Origin: an uncultured Bacilli bacterium | GTDB taxonomy: Bacteria; Bacillota_I; Bacilli_A; RF39; UBA660 | DNA: 64,000 bases | Reading direction: 5' to 3' | Assembly: GCA_947626095.1 (NCBI GenBank) | Contig: CANQQV010000004.1 | Coordinates: 1 to 64,000 of the forward strand | In this document: piece by piece, positions 19,152 through 29,000 of the stretch | Position numbering within the stretch: the first letter of the stretch is position 1 | Layout: every line of letters begins with the position of its first letter | The notes under the pieces: model-generated | What the model was told of the DNA's origin: nothing | The model's input: the letters and a program-made list of their open reading frames with translations, nothing else | Databases searched by the model: none | Position numbers and translations under genes: made by a program

Positions 19152-19983
19152 CAATTGCTATTATTACAAAAGTTAAAAAGCCAAAGATTACTAAATGCAG
19201 CAAACGATATAATAAATATTTTCTATAATTAATTGAAGTATCTTTAATGATACTTTTTATTTGGCATTCAATACATAAACCACAAGTAGATAACGAAATA
19301 ATCGTTAAAAATAATTTATATGTTAAAGAAATATTTACTGTACTTAAAAAGTTTAAAGAAGTCGTAATTTCTAAAAAACTTAATATTAAACCATTTACAT
19401 AATTATTTTCTATCATTGTTAAAGGTAAAGTATTAAAGAAAATAATTGTTCCTAATATCATAATTAATGTATTAATATTTTTGGTTATACTATTAATAAA
19501 AACTTTTAATAGATTAGTATGTTGTTTATCAAAGTTAATTGCTGGTGGTTTTATTATTTTAATTAATAATAAGTTCGCCACAATATTTGCTATCATTACA
19601 ATTAAAGCTACTTTATTATTAAATATTAATTTAAGAAAAGTATAAGTAAATATTGGCGAAGTATACTTTGTAACAGCTAATAACTTTGTTAAATCTCCAT
19701 CATACTTATTAAGGATATAAGCATTAGTTGGACTTCCTGAGATAATACTTAATAAATAGATATAATTAAAATGTCCATATTTATTAACATAATATGGTAT
19801 GTTAGAGTTATAAATAAGATCAACGATAATAAATGTTGGAAATAAAGTTGGTAATATTTTATGTAGCCAAATAGTAACACTATAAATCGTTTTACTAGTA
19901 ATAAACTCATTATTTGTTAATACATAGTAAAAATAAATAATTAAAATTGTCAACAAAAGCAAATTTTTTAGGATATTTTTCAT
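19144..19983 (-). CDS. ylbJ: YlbJ-like sporulation integral membrane protein
   Basis: W..KILPTLFP, SIISGSP, FLEIT, GLCI..Q; divergent from ylbL as in Bacillus. Confidence 0.7.
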   Translation of the reverse strand: MKNILKNLLLLTILIIYFYYVLTNNEFITSKTIYSVTIWLHKILPTLFPTFIIVDLIYNSNIPYYVNKYGHFNYIYLLSIISGSPTNAYILNKYDGDLTKLLAVTKYTSPIFTYTFLKLIFNNKVALIVMIANIVANLLLIKIIKPPAINFDKQHTNLLKVFINSITKNINTLIMILGTIIFFNTLPLTMIENNYVNGLILSFLEITTSLNFLSTVNISLTYKLFLTIISLSTCGLCIECQIKSIIKDTSINYRKYLLYRLLHLVIFGFLTFVIIAIVI

Positions 19984-20024
19984 ATATTGTCCTCATCAAT
20001 GATATAATAAAATAAGGTGATATA

Positions 20025-21038
20025 ATGTTTAATAATCTATATGAAAAATTAAAAACATTTATGAAAGATAATTTATTATTTGTTATTGTTATCACTCTTT
20101 TAATTCTTTCAATGTTTATTAAACTTCCTTATGATGTTGAAATGCCTGGAGGAATTATCGATTTAGAAAATAGAGTTACCGTCGATGGAAAAGAAGTCAA
20201 AATTGATGGCTCATTTAACATGGCTTACGTTTCAATAATTAGAGGCAGGATACCTTACATCCTAATGGGACTTATTCTCCCTGATTGGGATGTTGTTAAA
20301 GAAAGCAATACGATGTACGAAAATGAAAACGTCGAAGATGCTGATAATCGTAATCACCTTGAATTAGAACAAAGTAAGGATTATGCTATTGCTGCTGCTT
20401 TAACTGCTGCTAATATTCCTTATGAAATAACTAATAAACAAAATTATGTTGTCTATATTGATCCCAAAGCCCATACTGATTTAAAAATAGGGGATAATAT
20501 ATTAGAAGTAAATGGTCAAGAATTATTTGATATTAATGAATTAACTGATATCGTTCAACAAGCTAAAGTTGATGATATTCTTACAATGAAAGTCTTACGT
20601 GATAAAAAAAAGATCGAAACAACTGCTAAAGTCTTTAATGAAGATGATAAGCAATATATTGGTATTTCATCACTAACCACTTTTGATATCGATAGTGACG
20701 TCAAAGTTGATATCAAATCGAAAGAAACCGAATCAGGACCTAGTGGTGGTTTAATGATGACTTTAATGATTTATAATGCTGTTACTAAACAAGACTTAAC
20801 CCATGGTAAAAAAATCGTTGGTACCGGAACAATTAATTTAGATGGTAGTGTCGGCGAAATAGGTGGGGTTAAATACAAACTAATGGGTGCTGTTCATAAT
20901 AAAGCTGATGTCTTTCTAGTTCCTGAAGGAAATTATGATGAAGCCATGAAAGTTAAAAAAGCAAAAAAATATAAAATTGAAATAGTCAAAGTTGCTAAAT
21001 TACAAGATGCAATTAATTATTTGGAGGGATTATCATGA
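20025..21038 (+). CDS. ylbL: YlbL-like PDZ domain/S16 Lon-like protease
   Basis: PDZ LKIGDNILEVNG, GPSGGLM, GTGTI, GEIGGVKYK. Confidence 0.88.
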   Translation: MFNNLYEKLKTFMKDNLLFVIVITLLILSMFIKLPYDVEMPGGIIDLENRVTVDGKEVKIDGSFNMAYVSIIRGRIPYILMGLILPDWDVVKESNTMYENENVEDADNRNHLELEQSKDYAIAAALTAANIPYEITNKQNYVVYIDPKAHTDLKIGDNILEVNGQELFDINELTDIVQQAKVDDILTMKVLRDKKKIETTAKVFNEDDKQYIGISSLTTFDIDSDVKVDIKSKETESGPSGGLMMTLMIYNAVTKQDLTHGKKIVGTGTINLDGSVGEIGGVKYKLMGAVHNKADVFLVPEGNYDEAMKVKKAKKYKIEIVKVAKLQDAINYLEGLS

Positions 21039-21646
21039 ATTACTACGACTCTAATGTTATAAAATATCTCGATTCTTCAATTGTTTTAAATCCTTTTTTC
21101 GATGAATGGTATAGTATCGTTGAAGAAATTTTAAAACATCCTGAATTTCAAAAAAGAAAACTATTTATGCATCATCATAATCTATCTGTATGGGATCATT
21201 CAACCTTAGTTTCTTTTAAAGCTTTTATGGCTAGTAAATATTTTAAAGCAGATAAAAGAGTCTGTGCAATTGCCGGACTACTTCATGACTTCTATAGTCA
21301 AGCCTGGATAAGTACTCCTGAAATAGAAGCTTTAGAAGATGGTAAATACACTAAAGCAATGAAAGAACCAAAACCATGGTATAAAATGCATGGTTTTACA
21401 CATGCTAAAGATGCTTCTATAAACTACATCAAGTATTTTCCGCATTTAGAAGATAAAAAAATAACTAATTGTATCTTAAGACATATGTTTCCTTTAAATA
21501 TTATTCCTCCACGTTATCGTGAAGGCTTAATAATTACAGCTGTTGATAAATTAAATAGTGTTCATGAACTACCAAGTATTGTGTATGTCTCTAAAAAAGT
21601 TATTAAAAAAACTTACCATATTTTATCAGATGTTAATCGAATTTAA
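21035..21646 (+). CDS. HD-domain phosphohydrolase
   Basis: HHH..SVWDHS, AGLLHDFY, HGFTH, RHMFP, DK. Confidence 0.85.
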   Translation: MNYYDSNVIKYLDSSIVLNPFFDEWYSIVEEILKHPEFQKRKLFMHHHNLSVWDHSTLVSFKAFMASKYFKADKRVCAIAGLLHDFYSQAWISTPEIEALEDGKYTKAMKEPKPWYKMHGFTHAKDASINYIKYFPHLEDKKITNCILRHMFPLNIIPPRYREGLIITAVDKLNSVHELPSIVYVSKKVIKKTYHILSDVNRI

Positions 21647-21681
21647 TTGACGTCAATTAAAAACAAATTATGGTGATTTGG

Positions 21682-21710
21682 TTGCGATATAAAAAATATT
21701 TTTGTATGAT
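21682..21710 (+). promoter_or_regulatory. Sigma-A promoter of the 26-aa ORF
   Basis: TTGCGA-17 bp-TATGAT. Confidence 0.65.
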
Positions 21711-21737
21711 AAATATGAATGTTAGGAGGAATAGTAT

Positions 21738-21818
21738 ATGAAACAAGAATCAATATCAAGATATTTAATTATACTATTTTTAACTATAATCGCAATTTTA
21801 ATTACGATTAGTGCTTAG
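21738..21818 (+). CDS. Unannotated 26-aa hydrophobic peptide MKQESISRYLIILFLTIIAILITISA
   Basis: Strong RBS AGGAGG at 21724-21729; has its own promoter and terminator. Confidence 0.7.
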   Translation: MKQESISRYLIILFLTIIAILITISA

Positions 21819-21840
21819 ATTGATTGTATCAATCTTTTTT
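21817..21840 (+). terminator. Intrinsic terminator after the 26-aa ORF
   Basis: AGATTGAT-TGT-ATCAATCT followed by a T-run. Confidence 0.7.
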
Positions 21841-21898
21841 ATTTGCTTTTTAACTATTATTATTGTAAAATTAAAGAAGATATGGAAGTGTATATGAT

Positions 21899-22897
21899 AT
21901 GAAGAAATTTGATCCAGATAAAGAATTAGCCAAAATGCAAAATAAAAATCAATCTATATTTAATGCCAGTAAGATAAACAATATGTATGTTCCTATTTTA
22001 GTTATTGCTTGTTCAATCTTATCTTTTGTTGGTATTACTTTTTCTGCTAACTTAGTTGAAGATAATAAAGCTGAATACAACGTAGAAGTAACGGTTATGG
22101 GAGATGAAGAATATACTTACACTAAAACCGTTAAAGAAGGAGCATTTAGCGATACTATTAATACTAATGGTAGTATAGGCAACATAAACTGTACATCTGG
22201 CAACCTAAATTTTGATCCTTTAACATCAAGAATATATAGTCCTTATCTAAGTCAAAATACTACTTGTTATATTGTATTAACCGAAACAACAAACAATATT
22301 AATGTTGATGAATTAGTTCCAATTGCTGATGGTGATGGCACATCATATTATTATAAAGGTGATGCTTACAATAACTATATTATCGTTAAAGATATGGCCT
22401 TTAGAATAGTTAGAATAAATGGTGATGGTAGTTTAAGATTAGTTCTTAACGATGTTGTCCTTTCATCTTCATATGGTACAAATAATGAATATTTAGGAAG
22501 TAATTTACAAAAAGTTCTAGAAAATTGGTATGATTCTAATTTCAAAGATGAAAGTTACTTAATTGAATGGGAATTCTCATACTTAAATAGTGTTGATTTT
22601 AGTATTGAAGATTTAAGAAATGATGATGGATACATTCAAACTAAAGTTGGAACTTTAAGTGTTAGTGAAGCTTATGTAATAAATAAAGATGTTGAAAACA
22701 GTTATTTAAATACACCAAACGGTTTCTTACTTATGAACCCAAATGGTATCGATGAAGTATGGGCTTTCAAGAATAATAAAATAACTAGTGTATCTAAAAA
22801 TGCTGTTTTAAACGTTCGCCCAGTTATTAATATCAGAACCGATAATATTACTGGCAGTGGTACTAAAGCTGATCCATATGTTGTAGAAGAAGATTAA
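21899..22897 (+). CDS. Membrane-anchored surface protein (DUF6273-like)
   Basis: TM segment; YYYKGDAYNNY..FRIVRINGDGSLRLV, VGTLSVSE, VRPVINI, GSGTKADPY. Confidence 0.7.
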   Translation: MKKFDPDKELAKMQNKNQSIFNASKINNMYVPILVIACSILSFVGITFSANLVEDNKAEYNVEVTVMGDEEYTYTKTVKEGAFSDTINTNGSIGNINCTSGNLNFDPLTSRIYSPYLSQNTTCYIVLTETTNNINVDELVPIADGDGTSYYYKGDAYNNYIIVKDMAFRIVRINGDGSLRLVLNDVVLSSSYGTNNEYLGSNLQKVLENWYDSNFKDESYLIEWEFSYLNSVDFSIEDLRNDDGYIQTKVGTLSVSEAYVINKDVENSYLNTPNGFLLMNPNGIDEVWAFKNNKITSVSKNAVLNVRPVINIRTDNITGSGTKADPYVVEED

Positions 22898-22936
22898 ATC
22901 TTCTTTTTTTTCTGAGAATTTGTTATAATAGTCCAT

Positions 22937-25483
22937 GTGATGGATATGAAAAGAAACGAAGTAGATAGAAGTAAATTAAGTCCTGGTATGAAACAATATA
23001 TGGAAATCAAAGATGAACATCCAGATGAGTTATTATTTTATCGTTTAGGTGATTTCTATGAATTGTTTTTTGAAGATGGCATTTTATGTAGTCGTGAATT
23101 AGAATTAACTTTAACTGGTAAAAATGCCGGTCTCGAAGAACGTGTACCTATGTGTGGTGTTCCTTTTCATAGTGTTAAACCTTATATTGAAAAACTTGTC
23201 AGCAAAGGTTACAAAGTTGCTATCTGTGAACAATTAGAAGATCCTAAAGACGCTAAAGGCATGGTCAAAAGAGGCGTTGTTCAAGTCGTTAGTAAAGGTA
23301 CTGTAGTTGATTATGAAATGTTAAATGAATATGATAACAATTATATAGCTAGTATCCTAAAGATAAATGGAACCTATACTATTACTTACAGCGATATCTC
23401 TACTGGTTCCTTATACATCCTTGATGTTTATGACGATAAAAACAAATTAATCGATACAATTCTTAATTTAAATCTTAAAGAAATAGTTTTATATGATAAT
23501 GAAGAATTTGAACTAATAGATTTACTTCGTAATACTTATGGTATTGATATTAATATTTGCGGCAACTACCTAGAAGATAAATACGAATACTTATATAAAG
23601 ATATTAAAGAAATGCGTTATATCCTAGGTATTAAACATCTTTTATACTATTTAGTCGTAAAAGAACTAAAAGAATTAGATCACTTAGAAAAAGTTACTAT
23701 CGTTAATCCTTTAGAATACTTAGAAATGGACGTTCACACTGTTCGCAATCTTGAATTATTCGAAACTTTAAGATTAAAAGAAAGAACATATAGTTTAATT
23801 TGGTTACTTGATAAAACCAAAACCGCTATGGGTAGTCGTATGTTAAAAAACTGGCTAGCAAATCCCTTAAAAGATAAAGATAAAATTACCAATCGTTATG
23901 ATATGATTGGTAAATTACGTGAAGAATTTATTTTAAAAGATGAACTATTAAACGATTTAGATCAAGTATATGATTTAGAAAGATTATGTGGTAAAACAGT
24001 CTGCGGTAATTTAAATGCTCGTGATGTTCTTCAAATTAAACGCAGTTTAAAAGTATTACCTAGTATCTTAGAAAAAATTAAAACTTTAGGTTTTAAATAT
24101 CAATTTAGTGATGAACACGAATTATATAACTTACTAGAAGAAAGTATTTATGAAGATCCACCTATTGGTTTAAAAGAAGGATACTTAATTAAAGATGGTT
24201 ATAATAAAGAACTAGATGAATTAAAAGCTATTCGTAGTGGTGGTAAAGATTTTATCGCTTCATTAGAAGAACAGGAAAGAGAAAGAACCGGTATTAAAAC
24301 TTTAAAAGTCGGTTATACCAAAGTCTTTGGTTATTATATTGAAATTAGTAAAGGTCAAGTTAAAGATGTTAAAGATGAATACGGTTATGAACGAAGACAA
24401 ACTTTAACTAATTGTGAAAGATTTATTAGTCCTTTGTTAAAAGAAAAAGAAGCTTTAATATTAAATGCTGAAGAAAAAATAATCGAACTAGAATACAACT
24501 TATTTATGAGTATTAAAGAAAAAATCAAAAAAGAAATCTTCACTTTAAAAGCTATTGCTAATGATATCGCCGAAATTGATGCTATTTGCAGTTTAGCAAC
24601 TGTTGCCGATTTATATAACTTAGTAAGACCTGAAATAACTGACGAAAGAATCGTTGACATTGAAGAAGGACGTCACCCAGTTGTTGAAAGAGTTAGTAAA
24701 AATGAATATGTAGCTAATGATTGTAAGATGGATAAACATACTAACACCTTACTAATTACCGGTCCTAATATGAGTGGTAAATCAACCTTCATGCGTCAAC
24801 TAGCGATTATAATTATTATGGCGCAAATGGGTTCATACGTTCCGGCTAAAAAAGCAATTTTACCAATCTTTGATAAAATATTTACGCGTATTGGAGCTTC
24901 TGATGATTTAGTATCCGGCGAATCAACCTTCATGGTTGAAATGATGGAAGCTCGTAATGCCATTGCCAATGCTACTAGTGATTCCTTAATTTTATTTGAT
25001 GAACTAGGTCGTGGTACAGCTACTTATGATGGTATGAGTTTAGCGCAATCTATTTTAGAATATGTTAATAATGATATTGGTTGTAAAACATTATTTAGTA
25101 CCCATTATCATGAATTAACCGCCTTAGAAGAACTTAAAGGTATTAAAAACGTTCACGTAGAAGCTTACTTAAAAGATGGAAATGTTACTTTCTTACATAA
25201 AGTAAGTCCCGGAGCAGTCGATAAAAGTTATGGTATTCATGTTGCTAAACTAGCTGGTATGCCTCCAAAAGTCTTAGAACGTGCTGAAGAAGTTCTAAAT
25301 TATTATGAATCACAAGATGAAAAAGCTCCAAAGCGTAACTCTGAACAAGTTTCCTTTGATTTTGATGAACCTAAACAAAATAATAAAGTTATGGACAAAT
25401 TATCAGAAATTGATCCATTAAAAGTAACTCCTATGGATGCAATTAATCTTTTATATGAATTAAAGGAGTTATCAAAAAAATAA
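22937..25483 (+). CDS. mutS: DNA mismatch repair protein MutS
   Basis: GDFYELF, GPNMSGKST, STFMVEM, DELGRGT, SYGIHVA. Confidence 0.98.
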   Translation: MMDMKRNEVDRSKLSPGMKQYMEIKDEHPDELLFYRLGDFYELFFEDGILCSRELELTLTGKNAGLEERVPMCGVPFHSVKPYIEKLVSKGYKVAICEQLEDPKDAKGMVKRGVVQVVSKGTVVDYEMLNEYDNNYIASILKINGTYTITYSDISTGSLYILDVYDDKNKLIDTILNLNLKEIVLYDNEEFELIDLLRNTYGIDINICGNYLEDKYEYLYKDIKEMRYILGIKHLLYYLVVKELKELDHLEKVTIVNPLEYLEMDVHTVRNLELFETLRLKERTYSLIWLLDKTKTAMGSRMLKNWLANPLKDKDKITNRYDMIGKLREEFILKDELLNDLDQVYDLERLCGKTVCGNLNARDVLQIKRSLKVLPSILEKIKTLGFKYQFSDEHELYNLLEESIYEDPPIGLKEGYLIKDGYNKELDELKAIRSGGKDFIASLEEQERERTGIKTLKVGYTKVFGYYIEISKGQVKDVKDEYGYERRQTLTNCERFISPLLKEKEALILNAEEKIIELEYNLFMSIKEKIKKEIFTLKAIANDIAEIDAICSLATVADLYNLVRPEITDERIVDIEEGRHPVVERVSKNEYVANDCKMDKHTNTLLITGPNMSGKSTFMRQLAIIIIMAQMGSYVPAKKAILPIFDKIFTRIGASDDLVSGESTFMVEMMEARNAIANATSDSLILFDELGRGTATYDGMSLAQSILEYVNNDIGCKTLFSTHYHELTALEELKGIKNVHVEAYLKDGNVTFLHKVSPGAVDKSYGIHVAKLAGMPPKVLERAEEVLNYYESQDEKAPKRNSEQVSFDFDEPKQNNKVMDKLSEIDPLKVTPMDAINLLYELKELSKK

Positions 25484-26001
25484 TGTATCAAAAAGATTAC
25501 TTTTACGGTATAACCGATGTTATGCATTATAACGTTTATGCTATTTTGTTAAAAAATTATATCACAAAAGAAGAGCATGTTATTATTAAAGTCTTTAAAA
25601 AAAATGATGAAATAGTAATTATTGAAACAAATAATTTTAAAGATACTATCATCAAAGATACGCGAAAAGATCCAAGTACAGACTTAATGACTTTTGATTT
25701 AACCTACTTACATACTCTAGACCGTTATTATAGCGACTACGAAATACCTGGAATGGTATATGAATATATCGAAGGAGTAGGTAGCTGGTATCGTGTTAAA
25801 ATTGATAATTACAGTCCCTTAGATAAAGATTTAAAACCATTTTATTTAAAGAAAAAAATTACGAAAGAAGCTCTAATTAACTATGCCAAAGACCAAGATA
25901 CTTTAGATAAACTTTATAAATTTTATGATATAACCAAAGGTTTAATCAAATTTACTTGTCCAAATAAAGTAAAAAAGCTATTCGAATTAATAGAAGAATA
26001 G
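25483..26001 (+). CDS. Hypothetical protein
   Basis: 172-aa ORF coupled to the mutS stop (TAATG) with RBS AAGGAG; no recognisable motif. Confidence 0.65.
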   Translation: MYQKDYFYGITDVMHYNVYAILLKNYITKEEHVIIKVFKKNDEIVIIETNNFKDTIIKDTRKDPSTDLMTFDLTYLHTLDRYYSDYEIPGMVYEYIEGVGSWYRVKIDNYSPLDKDLKPFYLKKKITKEALINYAKDQDTLDKLYKFYDITKGLIKFTCPNKVKKLFELIEE

Positions 26002-26053
26002 TTTTTTTATGTCTAATTATGATATACTTATAAAGTATACAGTAGGTGATAAA

Positions 26054-29000
26054 ATGGCATTAAGTATTTTCGAAAAGCGCTTGGTTCAAAGTATTATAAA
26101 AGACTTAAATGTAAATCAATATAAAAGATCCAAATATCTTCTTTTATCATTTGATGGTGTTAAAGCTTTAATTGAAGAAGAAAGCTTTGTTCCATATCGA
26201 ATTAATTATCTAAATAATGATACAGTTTATCGTTTATTAGAAGATATTAATAATAATCCATCTTTTTATTATAAAATAAATCTTACTAGTATTTATGAGA
26301 ATGCCTTTATAAATCGCAATAACAATTTTATTAGCACCCTTTTAAAAAATTTTCCTGATTTAACAACTAAATGTCTTTTTCACAACAGGGACTTTCGTAA
26401 TAAAGATAAATTTATCAACTCTGCTTCTCCTGACGAAATATTAATTATATTAAATTCATATCGTCAAAACCGAAATGATTATAGTCTTATTTTTGGTGTA
26501 ATGGATGATGATCAAAAAATAACTCTATTAATATCTCGTCTTAATGATCAAGATAAAGCTCAATTTGTTGATTTAATACCATATTATGATACATCTTTAG
26601 AACAAATCCTTTCATCCGTTAAAGACCATGAAGTACTCAAAGATATATTATATAACTATATATGTAATAGAGAATATTCAATATCTGAAACAGAACAATT
26701 TACCAATTTTATTAGCCATGAGGAACTATTTGAAATATCATTAAAATATGCTTCAGAACATAAAGATAATATTCCTAAATATTTTAATTCTTTCACTATT
26801 TCTGAACGCCTTCAATTATTAGATAGTATGAAAAACATTGGTGGTGTATATCAATATGAATTTATCAAAAAAATTATTTCTGATTCCCTTGATACTGAAA
26901 AAAATCTATTGATCTATGACCAAATAAAAGATATTTTTGCTAGACACAATATAAACAATTTTAGTAATTTATATGGCTTTGATATAAAGATAAATGATAT
27001 TGTTTCTACTATGAGTACCGATGAACTTTTAAATTTGATAAAAGAAATTAAGCACTCATCTTTACGCGAAATAATTATTAAAAATGATAATGTTTGGACC
27101 AAAAAAGAAATATTTTCCTATCTTTTAGAAACAGATATTGCTTTTATCTATGATAAAATCATGAAAAATATTGACTTTAGCCAATATTCCGATGATGTAA
27201 AAGATTTATTCTGTTCAAAAGAAGCAACAATTGCTTTAGCTAAATATGGTAATGTTGGTTTACTTAATTTAAAACTAATGAACAATTCAAATGCCCCAAT
27301 AGATGAACATTATGCCAAAATCTTATCTCATTTTGCGGATGATGACTTTTGCTACGAATTATTAAAACAAAATCCTCAAACTTTAGCCTTATGTTTGAAC
27401 TTAAATCCTAAACCCGAATTAATGTTATACGCCAAAGACCAAGGCTATTATCCAGAATACTCAACTTACTATTTTTTAAATAACCACCCAGAGTTTAAAG
27501 AAGAATGGTTCAATATTCTCAAATCTTTTGATCCACATAATCCTAATTTTAATACAGTCTTTTCTAGTTTAATAATGAACACTGATGAAGAAGTTAAAGA
27601 TATTTTATTCCATAAAGCTGCCCAAAGTATAAATATTACATATAATGATTTTGTTAGTAAATTTAATGCTTTAAAGAAAGTAAATTGTGAAATACTAAGT
27701 ACTTTTGATTATCGTTTATTTGGTGAAAAATTTAATTTCCTAACCATGGATAAAATTGAATTTATTGGTGCTCATCGTAATATCTCGCAAACCCTTTGTG
27801 ACTTAAGCGATAGTAAAATTGAAACTATCAAAAGAATTATTAGTTATTCTTCAAATATTAATTGGATTGATTTACTAGATAGAGCTCTAACAAATATAGA
27901 TGATTATCAAGCTCTAATTGATAATCTTAAAGGTCAAACCTTATCTGTTGATGATATTGGCCTTCTAACCAAAGCTTTAGTCCAAAAAAATACCTTAAAT
28001 ATTCAAAGTTATCAAGATTTACAAAATTATAATCAATTAATCAATAATCGAATTGCTTTATTCTCTAAGAGTGACAATATCAACGAGCTTAAAGAAGCAA
28101 TATCATTATCTGTGTTAGGCTTGGATTATACAGAATTTGTTCGTATTTCCGAGGTTTATTGTTCTGACTTAGATAATTTAAATAAATATAGTAAAAATGA
28201 AGATTTAATTAAAGCTTTAACCTTTATTAAAAAAGTTTCTACTTGCCAAGATATAAACGTTTTAAGAGAAATACTCGCAAATACCCCAAGAATGAACTTA
28301 AGCAATGAATTTATTGTTAATTTCGACTCTGAAATCCGCCGCGAATTTGCTGGTTTATATAACGCCACTTTATACCATGTTAATGAAAAAGATAAAACTA
28401 ATACCTTATATTTTAAAGAGGTAAAAACCGACGGTGATAAAACCGTAGTTATCGAAGTCCCAAAAGGCGAAGGAGAAGCCGTATCTTTTTACTCTCCAAT
28501 CGGTTTGGATCCCAACAATCAATCAGAATTTTCAATTATGATGACTTCTCTTGGTGCATATTCTGATCACCAAGAACCAGATGATTATTATTCTAATTGG
28601 AATGTCGATATGATCAGTTCCCATGGTTTTTGTTGTAGTTATTTAACTAATGACAATTTGGGCACAGCTCGTATATGCCACGCTGTCTTAGGTTTTACTG
28701 ATTTTTCATTAGATAGTTTATTATTATCTGCTCCATATGATATTGGTTCTAATAACGCTAACAGAAGTTTTAATACCTCCAGAGCAACTAATACTTGTTA
28801 TTGTACACCCCGTGGTATGGTTGATAATACTCGTCATACGCATAATGAAGTTGTTTGGGAAAGAAGAAATTTAGGAGCTGGTGGTAGTTTCAAAAAAGAA
28901 CCATCATATGTTATCTTCTTTTGTGAAGATATGGCTAGTCTAAGCCCTGAAGAAAAAAATATTTATCAATCAACGATTAAAGCCGCTGTCCAATTAGGTC

